Positions 10,975-23,781 of a stretch of DNA of 64,000 nucleotides are shown here, piece by piece. The notes beneath the pieces are model-generated. The model did not search any database and was not told where the DNA came from. It was given only the letters and a program-made list of their open reading frames with translations. Source of the stretch: Planktothrix sp. GU0601_MAG3 (GTDB taxonomy: Bacteria > Cyanobacteriota > Cyanobacteriia > Cyanobacteriales > Microcoleaceae); NCBI GenBank assembly GCA_035193785.1, contig CP136572.1, forward strand, positions 2,196,578 through 2,260,577. The letters run 5' to 3'. How positions within the stretch are numbered: the stretch's first letter is position 1; every line of letters starts with the position of its first letter. The translations under genes and the position numbers were made by a program.

Positions 10975-11502
10975 CTAGACCCAGGGCTGTTTCATTCTTT
11001 GTAGGGGCAATCCCCCCGTGGTTGCCCCAATCCCCCCGTGGTTGCCCCAATCCCCCCGTGGTTGCCCCAATCCCCCCGTGGTTGCCCCAATCCCCCCGTG
11101 GTTGCCCCAATCCCCCCGTGGTTGCCCCAATCCCCCCGTGGTTGCCCCAATCCCTGAAACGCCTGCAAATCGGGGATGGGGAGGGTAGAGGGTAGGCACG
11201 GGGGCACTACCCCTACAAAACCCTGGTTTCCCTGAGAATGAAACAGCCCTGGGACTATCCCTAACCCGGGGATTAGGTTTGGGGGGTAATGGGGTAAACT
11301 GGTCTGCCTCAAATTCCAAGGGTTTGCTATTCTGGAATAGAGGATCTAAAATTTGGGGTTGATTCACAGATGCCAAGTGTAAGAGCAAAGTGCCACATTC
11401 AATACAGAATTTCCCTCGCTGAGAATTGTTGAATCCACAACTGGGGCAAACCCGATTGATCGTTGTTTCATCATCTGTATTTGAAACTGAAATTTTGCTC
11501 AT
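10975..11502 (-). CDS. Zinc-ribbon domain protein with C-terminus altered by an inserted element
   Basis: CPSCG..N....KFCIECGT; the 3' half of the ORF runs through the repeat element. Confidence 0.6.
   Translation of the reverse strand: MSKISVSNTDDETTINRVCPSCGFNNSQRGKFCIECGTLLLHLASVNQPQILDPLFQNSKPLEFEADQFTPLPPKPNPRVRDSPRAVSFSGKPGFCRGSAPVPTLYPPHPRFAGVSGIGATTGGLGQPRGDWGNHGGIGATTGGLGQPRGDWGNHGGIGATTGGLPLQRMKQPWV
10978..11255. mobile_element. MITE with 19-bp perfect TIR core and TA target duplication, carrying a GTAG-REP doublet and a VNTR
   Basis: CCCAGGGCTGTTTCATTCT (10980-10998) / AGAATGAAACAGCCCTGGG (11235-11253); TA on both flanks. Confidence 0.75.
11011..11150. repeat. 20-bp tandem repeat x7 (TCCCCCCGTGGTTGCCCCAA)
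   Basis: Identical units at 11011, 11031 ... 11131. Confidence 0.97.
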
Positions 11503-11638
11503 TTCCAACCTCTAAGGGGCTTAAACTAAGTTGAAATCCGAATATAGGGGGTTAACCAACTACTCCCTATAAAACTAAAGCCATAACATAATAAGATATC
11601 AATAATTTAAGTTCAGTATATAAGGTTTATTGGTAAAA

Positions 11639-13004
11639 ATGGGTATTGAACAGGATTACAACAAACAGTGCTTAGAAAGGCTAATTTGGGCGATGCAGAA
11701 GCTCAAGATCGAGATGGATTATACAGAAACTGCCTAAAATAGCAGAACTGATTGTACAAACCATGACCGGGCCTTGGCGCTATTTTCACACCCCCAATCA
11801 TATTTTTGAGGTGGGGGGGAAAGATGACCCGATTGAAGTTTTAGCCGCCCTGTTCCATGATGTTGTCTATGTGCAGGTGGATCAGAGTGTTAATTTTAAT
11901 TTGACCTATTATATTGCTCCTTTTGTGCGACAGGTGGGGGAACATTTGGTCATCCGTGATGATCAGGAATTACCCCAGGATCAGAGCTTTGATATGGTTA
12001 GACAAATCTTTGATTTTTTTCCAGGTCAAACTCTGTCTCCCATGGCGGGACAGAATGAATTTTTGAGTGCATTAGTGGCTAGTAAGGTCTTAGAACCTCT
12101 GTTATCTTTAGAATTATTAGCACAGGTAGTAGCTTGTATTGAAGCCACTATTCCCTTTAGAACAAAAACAGAATTGGGAAGTAATAGTGATATTTTATAT
12201 GGACGGTTACGCGCTGTTTGTGAACGGTTTAATTTGAAATTAACCGATGATGAGTTAATTGAAACTATCAGACGTTCTGTGAGAATTTCTAATCGAGATG
12301 TGGGAAGTTTTGCCCATGAGAGTGCGGCAAGATTTTTAGACAATACCTGGAATTTATTACCGGAAACTAATCACTATCTGAAAAATTCCAGTTCCTATAC
12401 GATTAATCAGTATCGGACAGCTTTGCAAAAAATGGAAGGGTTTATGAATTTTATTAAACCCGAAATTATTTTTCATCAGTTTCAAGGCTATCCTGATGAT
12501 GACATCTATAATAATCTAGTCGCCATGGCAAGAAAAAATATTGAGGTGGGGCGACTTTATTTGGTCAGTAAGTTATTTACGATTGCTTTTTTAGAAGCTT
12601 TATCCTTACGATTTGGCCGAGTAATTCCGGTTTCAACTTTAATGGGTGAAATGCCCTCGGAAGGATTTTCTGCGGTTTCTTTAGTGGATTTTCTGCCCCC
12701 CATTCCCCACCCCCACCAACCAACAACGGACTTGGAAAAACTGGTTTTGACGTTATTAGATGAAGGACGCACCCAAAGTTCATCCTATGATATTAAAAAT
12801 TCCCCATTAACGACTTATATGGTCAAATGTTTAGGGTTTGATGAAATTATCCATCAACGCAACCGCGCCCAACAATTTTTTCAGGATAAAATCAGTCATG
12901 AAGAATTTTTGGCGGGTTTTGATGCGGATGTCAAAAAAGCTGTCACCGATGGAATTCTTCAGTTATTTGACTCTCGGAAAGCTGCTCTTTGTCAATCTTT
13001 ATAA
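11639..13004 (+). CDS. Conserved hypothetical protein, HD-superfamily-like (frameshift near 11730)
   Basis: RYFHTPNH ... AALFHDVVY; 413-aa ORF plus upstream ATG at 11639. Confidence 0.7.
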
Positions 13005-13013
13005 GAGGGAAGG

Positions 13014-13058
13014 GGGAATGGGTAATGGGGAATGGGTAATGGGTAATGGGTAATGGGG
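13014..13058. repeat. STRR-type heptamer tract (AATGGGT/AATGGGG)n
   Basis: Tandem heptamers between convergent genes. Confidence 0.85.
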
Positions 13059-13067
13059 GTTTGTTTT

Positions 13068-14172
13068 TTATTGATTTGGAGAAGGTTTTGAACTCTTTTC
13101 AATCATTTTCACAATCCCAATTCCGCCAAAATAAAGCCCTAATATCGCCCCGGCTAATAAACTTTGGGTGAGGGGGTCGGTTGAGGGAGTTAACACTGCC
13201 CCTAATATCGCTCCTCCTAAGATAACATATCGCCAACCGGATAACATTTGCCCCGAAGATACGATTTTTAACCCGCCTAAAATAGCTTGAATGACGGGAA
13301 TTTGAAAGGCTATTCCGGTACAGAATAATAGGACTAAAACAAATTCAAAGTATTTTTCAATGGAAAAGAATTGTTCAACAACATCCGCCCCATAACTGAC
13401 AAAAAAGTTCAATGCTGCTGGAATCAAAGCCACATAAGCAAAGCCTAAACCCAATAAAAATAAGACACTCGAAACCTAATAAGGCGGGGACTAATAAACG
13501 GCGTTCTTTACGGGTTAATCCGGGTAAAACAAACATCGTAATTTGATATAATATAAACGGAGTGGCGACGACCAACCCACTATAACCAGCTACTTTTAAG
13601 GAAACAAAGAAATATTCTCCGGGGGCGAGTTGGACAAATTTAATTCCCGATGCGGGACGTTGTAATAACTGAACAATTGGATTAACAAAAGCAAAGCAAC
13701 CAATAATCCCAACGAAAACAGCAATCAGAGAATAAAAAATCCGTTGTCTTAATTCCTCTAAATGGTCGAAAAAACCCATCTCAACTTCGTCGGGAATTTC
13801 ATCAGCTTCATCGGTTGTAGTTTGACTGACAGGAAGATAAAACTGAGGTTGAGAGATTTGAGCTTCAGAAGATAACTGATTTTCCTTTTCTTCTTCCGAT
13901 TCAGTTATGGATTCCGAGGCCATCAAGTTAATATTATCTGCTTCGATAGATTCTGGGAAATTTTCAATTCCCTCATCTTCAATATCTGGCTGCAAAGATT
14001 CAGAAAGCGACTCAAGCCCATCAATGATTGATGAGTTAATATCTTGAGAAATAGCATCAAGATTAGAGAGAGGAGAGGGAGAGTTAGGAGAATTTTGTTC
14101 AGGATTTTCCGGTAAAACGGGGTTTAAGTTGGAGTTAGATTCCGGTGTCTCCAAATTTGAGGGAGGCGTCAT
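13068..14172 (-). CDS. tatC: Twin-arginine translocase subunit TatC (frameshift near 13470)
   Basis: [49 protein letters not shown]. Confidence 0.95.
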
Positions 14173-14371
14173 AATTGTCAGTAAGCGTTAAACTAGGGTT
14201 AGAAATTACCCAATCTCGAGGGACGGGATTTTTGAAAACTCATTACAAATTTTTAGCCAACGTCTATTTTACTTCAGGATTTAGACGTTAGATTAGACAA
14301 CCACCAGGCGAAAACCGAGATAAACAAAGATTGATGTTAATTTCCTCCAATGATTTTTTTATCTTGAATCT

Positions 14372-15875
14372 ATGAAAATAATACAACGTTACTGTCTGCT
14401 ATTTTTAGATATTTTAAAGCATCTGGGTTCTGATTTCACTAATCTCAGGGTTAATCAACGGATGCGCCGAACCCTTCCGATATTTCTATTCAGTCTGATG
14501 GTGATTGGACTCTGGGGGTCGAGTCTAGTCCCTGGGGGGAAATTATCTTTTGGTCGTCCGGTTCTCACCGAACCTCTACCCACTTCCCAACAACAAATTA
14601 TTCATAGTATTAACGGAAATAATCCGATTACCAACATGGAAAAAACATGGGAATTAGACTATGAAACCTATTTTGGTAAAAATCTAACTGATAGTAAGCT
14701 ACAGGCTCCTGATATTGCTAAAATTTTAACAGAAATTAGCCAAAAAACCCAAACCCGACACGCAGTTCTTTGGGTAGTTCCTGAACCCGAGGGATTAGTT
14801 TTAGCCCTAATTACCCCGGGAAAAGAACCTTTAGGTTTAATTCAACCCAATGTACAAACCGAAACCTTAAAAGCGGAAGCAATTAATTTATTTCGAGAAA
14901 TAACCAATCCTCGAAATTTACAAAATCAGTCCTATCTGGAATCGGCTCAACGACTTTATGATGTGATGATTAGGCCCGTTGAAGCCCAATTAAAAGCAGA
15001 AAATATCGACACAATCTTGTTCTGTTTGGGTGATGGGTTAAGGACGCTCCCCCTAGGGGTTTTACATGATGGAGAGAAATTTTTAATTGAAAAATATGCC
15101 TTAACTCGAATTCCAGCTTTTAATCTGATGAATCTCAATTATGAAAGCGTAAAAGATGCTCTAGTTTTAGCTATGGGAGCCTCGGAATTTAAAAATCAAA
15201 ATCCCTTACCTGCGGTTTCCTTTTGAGTTATCTACAATTATCAACCCCGATGGCATGAATGGGGTAATCTTTCCGATGGGAAATCAGAGGGAACAAGGAC
15301 TGTGGCCAGGACAATTTTTTCTAAATCAAAAGTTTACTGTAGATAATTTAAGACGGCTATTATCCTTCAGTCCCTATAGAATTGTTCATCTGGCGACCCA
15401 TGCAGAATTTAAACCTGGAAAATCTGGAAATTCCTATATTCAATTTTGGGATGAGCAGCTAAAATTAGATCAAATAAGTCAGTTTAACTGGAAAAATCCC
15501 CAGGTTGAATTATTAGTTTTAAGTGCTTGTAAAACCGCCGTTGGAGATGGGGATGCGGAATTAGGATTTGCGGGATTAGCTTTTCAGTCGGGGGTAAAAA
15601 CAGCTTTAGCGAGTTTATGGTATGTGAGTGACACGGGAACTTTAGGCTTAATGAGCGAGTTTTATCAACAGTTAAAAACCGCTTCTACTAAAGCCCAAGC
15701 CTTGCAAAAAACTCAAATTCAGATGTTAAAAGGGAATGTCCGTTTGCAAAAGGGAGAATTATTATCATCCCGGGGTGAAGTGACCTTACCGCCGGAAATT
15801 GTCGCACAGGGAAATGACAATCTTTCCCATCCCTATTATTGGGCCGCGTTTACATTAATTGGTAGTCCTTGGTAG
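14372..15875 (+). CDS. CHAT (caspase-HetF) domain protein (frameshift near 15220)
   Basis: LRTLPLGVLHDG, VHLATHAEF, LVLSACKTAVG, ASLWYVSD, HPYYWAAF. Confidence 0.9.
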
Positions 15876-15943
15876 GATAAAAAATCCTAATTGTGCCGAA
15901 TTTAGGGTAAGGTAAGTTAGGTGAAAAAATACAAACCAAACCT

Positions 15944-16567
15944 ATGTCTAAAACCGTATGGATAGCCCGCCATGGCAATCGGATTGATTTTGTCAATCCC
16001 GCTTGGTTTGATACCGCAGAACGACCTTATGACCCCCATTTATCCAAGGATGGTCAAATTCAAGCCCAACAATTAGCAAATCGTTTAGTGGGGGAAGGAA
16101 TTACCCAAATTATTGCTTCTCCCTTTTTAAGAACCGTACAAACTGCTAATGCTGTGGCTAAAAAATTGGATTTACCCCTCAAATTAGATTGGGGTTTAGG
16201 AGAATGGTTAAACCCAGAATGGATGAGTTATCCTGAAACATTACCCCCAGAATTTTTAGCTAAAAAATTCCCTAAAATTGATTTATCTCATCCTCTGGGA
16301 GCTCCTAATTATCCTGAAACTTGGAGAGATTGTTTAAAACGAACCGCCGAGACTTCCCAACGTTTAGTTAATCTGTTTCCCGAGGATAATTTATTATTAG
16401 TTGGACATGGTGCTTCGGTATTGGGAACAGCCATGGGACTAATTCCGACCTTAGAAGAAATGGATATTAAAGCCTCTCTTTGTTGTTTAGTAAAAATTGT
16501 TCAAAATGGAGATAAATGGACACTAGAACTCAACGGAGATACCGCCCATCTGAATTTTCAGTTATAA
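15944..16567 (+). CDS. Histidine phosphatase family protein
   Basis: ARHG, SPFLRTVQTA, LLVGHG. Confidence 0.9.
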   Translation: MSKTVWIARHGNRIDFVNPAWFDTAERPYDPHLSKDGQIQAQQLANRLVGEGITQIIASPFLRTVQTANAVAKKLDLPLKLDWGLGEWLNPEWMSYPETLPPEFLAKKFPKIDLSHPLGAPNYPETWRDCLKRTAETSQRLVNLFPEDNLLLVGHGASVLGTAMGLIPTLEEMDIKASLCCLVKIVQNGDKWTLELNGDTAHLNFQL

Positions 16568-18372
16568 ATTTAGTTGCATCTTGATAGTCTAATGGGTAAG
16601 AGAACAAGTATCCTTGTCCCCAAATACAACCTAATTTTCTTAGAATTGTAGCTTGTTCTTGAGTTTCCACTCCTTCCGCAATTACTGCCAAATTGAAACT
16701 TTTTCCTAATAATATAATAGTTTCAATTAATTTTGTATCATCGGGGTAATTAATTAATTCCTGCACAAAAGAACGGTCAATTTTTAAGGTATTAATGGGC
16801 AAATTTCCCAGCATCTTTAAAGAAGAATAGCCTGTGCAAAAATCATCCAAACATAAATTAACGCCGATTTCCTGTAATAATTTTAAGTTAGAATCTAGCA
16901 TTTGTGATAAACAAGTTTCAGAAATTTCTATACTTAAAGTGTTTCGAGAAATACCCGTTTCTTTTAAAATTTTTGCCACATCTTCCAATAAATTAACTTG
17001 CTGGAATTGGACGGGAGAAAAATTCACATTCATGTTCAACATCAGGTCAGGAAATTGCTCTTGCCAAACCTTTAACTGACTACAGGCTTCGCGTAAAATC
17101 CACAAACCCAAAGGATTAATTAATCCGGTTTCTTCAGTCACAGAAATAAATTGATTTGGTGCAATAATTCCTTGAGGATGTTTCCAACGAACCAAGGCTT
17201 CAACCTCTTTAATTTTTCCGGTTATTAGGGAAACAATCGGCTGATAATATAAGCAAAATTCCTTTTTGGGGATAGCTTTTCGCAGGTCTTGTTCCAGTTG
17301 CAGTCGGGCGTTAGCTTCCGCTTGCATCTGGGGATTAAAAATCTGATAACTACCACTACCTAACTTTTTAGCTCGATACATGGCAATATCTACATCTCTC
17401 AGAATATCCATCGGTTCTCGATAACCCATGGCACTCGAAGTAATACCGATACTAGCCTCCATAATCATTTCATAGCCATTAAAATTAAAGGGAAATTTGA
17501 ACTGTTTCCAGAATTTTTTCGGTTAGGGAAATTGGTATTTCTGTATCAGCTAAAATGACAAATTCATCTCCCCCCATGCGGGTTGCAGTTTGAGGTGGCG
17601 TTAAACAATCTTGTATGCGATGGGCGACACATTTTAACAGTTCATCCCCGACTAAATGCCCCAAACTATCATTAATAATTTTAAAGCGGTCTAAGTCTAA
17701 AAACAAAACTGAATAGCTTGAATCCGTAGCAATTAAATGTTTTAGTCGCTGCATCAACCAATCCCGATTGGGCAAGCCCGTCAAGGAATCATGCAAGGCA
17801 TTATATTCTAATAAATCTTGGCTTTTATACAGGTTTTCTAGGGTTTTAGACAGTTCAATTGTGCGTTCTTTCACTCGAATTTCTAATTTTTGATTTAGCC
17901 GTTGTACATCTGCACGGGCTTTAGCGTGTTCATAGATTTCCTCGGATAAATGCTGATTTCTTTGCTCAAGCATTTTGGTTAAACGTCCCAATTCTAAATG
18001 GGTTTTAATTCTGGCTAAAACTTCTTCCTTTTGAAAGGGTTTAGTAATATAATCAACCGCACCTAAAGACAAACCTTTGACCACATAACTCGGTTGGGAA
18101 AGAGCGGTGATAAAAATAACAGGAATTTTAGAATTTAAGGGATTTTCTCTCAGACGTTTATAGGTTTCAAATCCATCAATTCCCGGCATCATCACATCTA
18201 ATAAAATTAAGTCGGGAGTCACATATTCGAGTTTTTGTAGTGCACTTTCTCCATCTTCAGCCACTAAAACTTCAAAATTCGCCTCTCCGAGAACATCCGT
18301 TAACACGCCTAAATTAGCCGGGATATCATCCACCACCAGAATTGTACCCGACTCAGAAATTAAGTCTTTCAT
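16530..18372 (-). CDS. REC-GGDEF-EAL response regulator (frameshift near 17490)
   Basis: VVDD..DLILLDVMMPGIDG..KPF; MGGDEF; EALVRW; DDFCTGYSS. Confidence 0.9.
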
Positions 18373-21255
18373 AAATTTACCTCTTTATATTGATTGAGCA
18401 TTTCTAATATTTTTTTCTCCCTAAACTCCCGGGCTAATTTTCGCAATTTTAACGCAAATTGTGAATATTGGGGAGCGGTTGCTTCGAGGATTTCTGTCTG
18501 TTTAATGATCTCTTTCAAATTTCCTCGCAACGCCAAATTAAACAGTTTATCTAAAACTTCCGGTGGGGGAAGAAGCAATTTTTCCGAAGTGGGTTCAATC
18601 CCGGGAACTGTTAAGGATTCGGCTTGATAAAGCCATTGAATTTGCAGGTGCAAGGATAATTTTTCTAACAGTTCTTCGGCTTGAACTGGTTTAGCTAAAA
18701 AATCAACAGCCCCCGCTTCTCGGCTTTGACTTTGATGTTCTTCAAACACACTCGCGGAGGAAACAATAATTTTAATATCTTGGAATTCTGGATTATTTTT
18801 CCAAGTTTTAATTAATTGAAATCCATCCGTTTCTGGCATAACTAAATCGGTGATTACTAAGTTAGGTTGACGCTGAATTGCTATTTTTAATCCCTCCTGA
18901 CTATTAACTGCTTCCATCACTTCAAATCCAAGGGGTGTCAATAAATTAGCAATCACCGAGCGATTTTCCCAATGTTCATCAATCACAAGAATTTTTTGGG
19001 TATTTCCTTGAAATCCAATAATTTTACCTTGATCATTTTGGGAGATCGTATTTACCCAGTTATTGGCTTCTGATACCTCTAAATCAAATCCAAAAATACT
19101 GCCAATTTGCAATTGACTGGTGACCTGTACATTGCTACCCATTAGTTGAATAATTTTCTGACTAATAGCTAGTCCTAAGCCCGTACCTTCAGCTTGAATC
19201 TGGCGAGATCCCACTTGTTCAAAGGGTAAAAATATTCTTTCAATTTCTTCGGGATTAATCCCTACCCCCGTATCTTTAACGGTAAAGCGAATTTTGTAAC
19301 TCACTTTATTAGCAAGATTAACCCTTTTTTCAATTAAAATAATGCTGAAATTTACTTCTCCAGTTTTCGTAAATTTAATCGCATTACCAATCAAATTAAT
19401 TAATACTTGTCGCAAGCGTTTTTCATCCGTATTAATAGCAATTGGCAAATCTGGGTCGGGTTTCATAGGAAAATTGGAGACTTTTTTGAGCAGCACGAAT
19501 CCGACAAATTTCAGCCACGGCTTGCAGAAAAGCCGGAAGGTGAAAATCCGTGGGGTAAAGTTCCATTTTCTGAGCTTCTATTTTTGAGAGATCAAGAATA
19601 TCATTAATTAAAGTCAGAAGATGGGAACCGCACTGGTAAATAATATCAACACCATTTTGTTCCCGTTCTTCTAATTTTGGGGAACGTTTGAGGATTTGGG
19701 CGTAACCTAAAATTCCATTCAGAGGGGTTCGTAATTCGTGACTCATGTTAGCAAGAAATTCGCTTTTGGCTTGGTTGGCATTTTCAGCGACTTCTTTAGC
19801 GGCATAAATTTCTTGTTCAGCGCGTTTATAGTCAGTAATGTTTTCTACTGTGCCTTCATAGTAGATAATATTACCATTTATATCGGAAATTGCACCTGCA
19901 TTTTCTGATATCCAAATTATACTCCCATCGCGGCGATAAACTTGAGATTCAAAGTCAGTAATACTACCGCGATCACTCATCATTTTAATCAATTCATTCC
20001 AGCGATTTGGGTTAACATAAGGTTGCTTTTTAATATGGTTTAGGTCGGCAATTAATTCGGCTGCGGAGTTGTAACCGTAAATTTTAGCCAGGGCTGGATT
20101 AGCATTAAAATATTGACCGGTGGGGGTAATTTGGAAAATCCCATGAATCGCATTTTCAAACATACTGCGATATTTTTTTTCAGCCAGTTGCAATTCTTTT
20201 TCAAATACTTGACGCTGTTGGCGGTTAATAACAAAGGCGATGAAAATACAAATTACCACCCCTAATACTAATAATCCAAACCCAATAATTTGATATTTTC
20301 TATTCAATAACTGGTTAATCCGATCTGCTAACAAATTATCTAATAAAGGAAAGGCTGTATCGTAAATTTTTAGTTGTGATTCTAGGGCGATTTCCGCTAC
20401 TTGTTGATATTTTTTGGGGGACAACTTGATAATCTGAGAATTAATAATTTCTTGGTTGAGTAAGTCAATAAATTTTTGAATATTTTCAAAGTTTTGAACA
20501 ATATTTGTTGATAATTGGGGCTGAATTTCGTGGTTGGTATTTGCTGAAATTTGCAATCCTCTGTGGACTTGCTTTAAAGGCGGTGCAATTAAACTTTGAA
20601 TAATTAATAGCTGGGCTTTTTCGCTATCTCTAATTTTTTTTTGGCTAGTGATCTTGACCCCTAAATCCTTAGCTTGGGCTGTATTTTCCAGGGTTAAGGG
20701 CAGTTGATTAACTACGGCATCCATTAAATAGTAACTATCCAAAGAGGGATCAAGAATTAGATTAGAAATATCTCCGATATGATCAATTAAAGCTAAAATA
20801 TCATCAATAATTTTTGTATGGATTTCTCGGCTTTTGGCAGGAGATAAATTAAATTTTTCTGTTTGTGAATTTTTCCAATTTTCCTTAATAGATGCCTTAA
20901 TTTCTAGCCATCGGGAGCTAACTTTTAGTTGGGGAGTTAGTCGCTGTTCGAGGGCATCAAGGTTTTGGATTGTCGTTGCAATCTTTTCTCCTTGGGCAAT
21001 AATTTCTGGTGCTAAAGATCTATCCCCATTAAAATACCTCTCAACTTTTGTGCGATAATTAATCATACCAACCAGTAAATTTTTCAAGGGATAATTATAA
21101 GCTAAACCCTGTTTTTCTTTTTGGGCAAATTCAATTTTATTATCAATTTCAGCAATTAATTGATAAACAACCACAGCAAAGGGGAAAATAAAAATCAAAA
21201 GCAATGTACTTAAATTGATAGTCTCTACTAGGCGTTGATACAATGGTTTATTCAT
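18369..21255 (-). CDS. Hybrid sensor histidine kinase: periplasmic sensor-PAS-HisKA-HATPase-REC (frameshift near 19470)
   Basis: Two TM helices, [42 protein letters not shown]; stop overlaps the start of the response regulator. Confidence 0.92.
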
Positions 21256-21524
21256 GATCTAATCGGGTGAGATAACGATGAATTGATCAATTGAGGCCCG
21301 TTGAGAATTTCCCCTGGTACTAGGTTAATATCAATTTATGCTATCTTGAGCAAAAAGTCTATGATAGGAGAAAGGGAAGTCTAGTTAATGTCGTCTTGAT
21401 TACATTAGGACATCAAAAATTAGATGTAATAGCATAGGATCATATTGATGAAATACCTAAAAGTCTATGGCCTCTTGCCCTTTACAAGAAAATTTTTAAC
21501 ACTGGTTTAATAGGATTACTCTAT

Positions 21525-23119
21525 ATGTCTCTCACGGAAGAAATTTTATCTCAAATTCCTGGAAATCCTTTCAAGGGTCTACAAAAAGCGGAGGAACTTT
21601 GGACGGGATTAAAAAACAATACTCTCCCCCTTCCTAATAGTATTAAACAGGATGCCCAACCCCTGGAAAGTCTGGATTATGATGTAGTTATTTGTGGGGG
21701 AACTCTGGGAATTTTAATCGGTGCTACCCTAGGGATGAAAGGGTGGCGAGTGGCATTAATTGAACGGGGAAAACTCCAAGGAAGGGAACAGGAATGGAAT
21801 ATTTCTCGCAAGGAATTAGAGGTTTTTATCGAATTAAATTTATTATCTGAGGTAGAATTAAAAACAGCGATCGCCACGGAATATAACCCCGCCCGTTTGA
21901 GTTTTCCCCATGGTGATGATATTTGGGTAAAAGATGTTCTTAATATAGGAGTTGATCCGGTTTATTTATTAGAAACTCTCAAAACTAAATTTTTAGCAGC
22001 CGGAGGAATCTTATTAGAAAATACGGCCTATCAAGGGTCTATTATTCATCCCGATGGGGTGGAGGTCACTGTCACCCAAATTCATTCCCCTCGCCTTGCA
22101 GGAGAGGGCTTAGGGGAGAGGTCAGAAACAATCAAAACCCGCCTATTAATAGATGCAATGGGTCATTTTTCCCCCCTAGTTCGACAGGCGAGAAATGGAC
22201 AAAAACCCGATGCGGTTTGTTTGGTGGTGGGAACCTGTGCCACGGGATATCCTAATAATAAAACTGGAGATATTTTTGCCTCCTTTACTTCTTTAAAAAA
22301 TCAATGTCAATATTTTTGGGAAGCGTTTCCAGCTAGGGATGGAAGAACAACTTATTTATTTACTTATTTAGATGCTGACCCCCAACGGTTTAGTTTAGAA
22401 TCTTTATTTGAAGATTATTTTAAACTTTTACCCGAATATCAACAGATTGAATTAAATCAGTTAACCTTTAAACGGGCGTTATTTGGATTTTTTCCCTGTT
22501 ATAAAAATAGTCCGTTAAAAATGCCTTGGAATCGTGTTTTTGCCGTGGGAGATAGTAGCGGAAATCAATCTCCGTTAAGTTTTGGGGGATTTGGGGCGAT
22601 GGTATACGTCATTTACAACGGTTAACCGATGGAATTGATCAAGCGTTAACTACCGATCAATTAAGTCAAAATGCCCTATCTTTATTGCAACCCTATCAGC
22701 CGAGTTTGTCCGTAACTTGGTTATTTCAAAGGTCGATGAGTGTGGGAATTCAACAAACTATTAACCCAGAACAAATTAATCAATTATTAACTACCGTATT
22801 TCAGGAGATGGAACAATTAGGAGAACCGATTTTAAAGCCATTTCTACAAGATGTGGTAAGGTTTTCAGCCCTAACTAAAACCTTGTCAAAAACGGCGGTT
22901 TCCCATCCGGGTTTGATTTTTAAAATTATTCCCCAGGTGGGGTTAATTAGTTTAATTGATTGGACAATTCATTATTGGAATTTGGGGCTATATACGGGTT
23001 TATATCCCTTTGCTAAAACCCTCGAACCAATGTTTAATAAATTACCCCTTTCTTCTCAATACTATTATTATCGTTGGTTGGAAGCGTGGAAATATGGGTC
23101 AGGACAGGATTATGAATAG
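21525..23119 (+). CDS. cruP: FAD-dependent lycopene-cyclase-like protein, CruP family (frameshift near 22605)
   Basis: CGGTLG, GREQEWNISR, QYFWEAFP, GDSSGNQSPLSFGGFG, WKYGSGQDY. Confidence 0.75.
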
Positions 23120-23340
23120 GGAATTACGAATTACGAATTACGAATTACGAATTGGGAACACCAGATAATACTTATGGCTGTTTCATAAGTATTTACCTAT
23201 AGCGAGATTGCCTATTCCCTATTGCCTCTTGCTATAAAATAAAATAGCCCCTAGGATATAGAGGCTGGGGGGATATTTCTGTTACAATTTAAAGCAGAAT
23301 TGATCAGGTGCATGGGGATGCACCCGGCATCTAAAATGAG

Positions 23341-23601
23341 TTAAATAACTCCTAAACTGGATAATCCTAAAATCACACCCGCCCCTAAAATATGACCAAA
23401 ACTTGTGGTTGCTAAAACCGCAGGTAAGCCAAACCCACCGAACATATTAGGTGAGGGTAATTGAGGGCCAGCATTGGGCTGTTGGATGGAAAATTTACCA
23501 ATGGCGATCGCCACAATATTACACACAATCATCACAATAGCGATGGTGGGACTCCAGGCGTGAGTAACGGGCGCGGCGACGGTGGCGGCTAACAACATCA
23601 T
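23341..23601 (-). CDS. psaK: Photosystem I subunit PsaK
   Basis: WSPTIAIVMIVCN ... LATTSFGHILGAGVILGL. Confidence 0.95.
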   Translation of the reverse strand: MMLLAATVAAPVTHAWSPTIAIVMIVCNIVAIAIGKFSIQQPNAGPQLPSPNMFGGFGLPAVLATTSFGHILGAGVILGLSSLGVI

Positions 23602-23649
23602 GGAAGGATCTCCTAAAAATTTTTAAAATGTACTCAAGGGAAATTAATC

Positions 23650-23713
23650 GTTATAGCTAAGATGTTTTACCAAACAAAGGGAATTGATTTTCGTCCTTGT
23701 AGCAATACTTAAC
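23650..23713 (-). promoter_or_regulatory. Candidate psaK promoter: -10 TATAAC plus HLR1 (RpaB)-like direct repeat
   Basis: Minus strand GTTAAGTA-TT-GCTACAAG (23713-23696), about 40 bp upstream of TATAAC (23655-23650); imperfect match. Confidence 0.35.
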
Positions 23714-23781
23714 ATTTTCCGACTAAAATTGCTATCCTAGTTAAAAGAAACAGCCCAACTCACCAAACCCCCAATTTTAAT

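Noticed and set aside
10838..11312. Repetitive-peptide ORFs (GQPRGDWGNHGG...) as RiPP precursors
   Set aside because: They are translations of a 20-bp DNA VNTR in several frames; no leader peptide or modifying enzymes nearby
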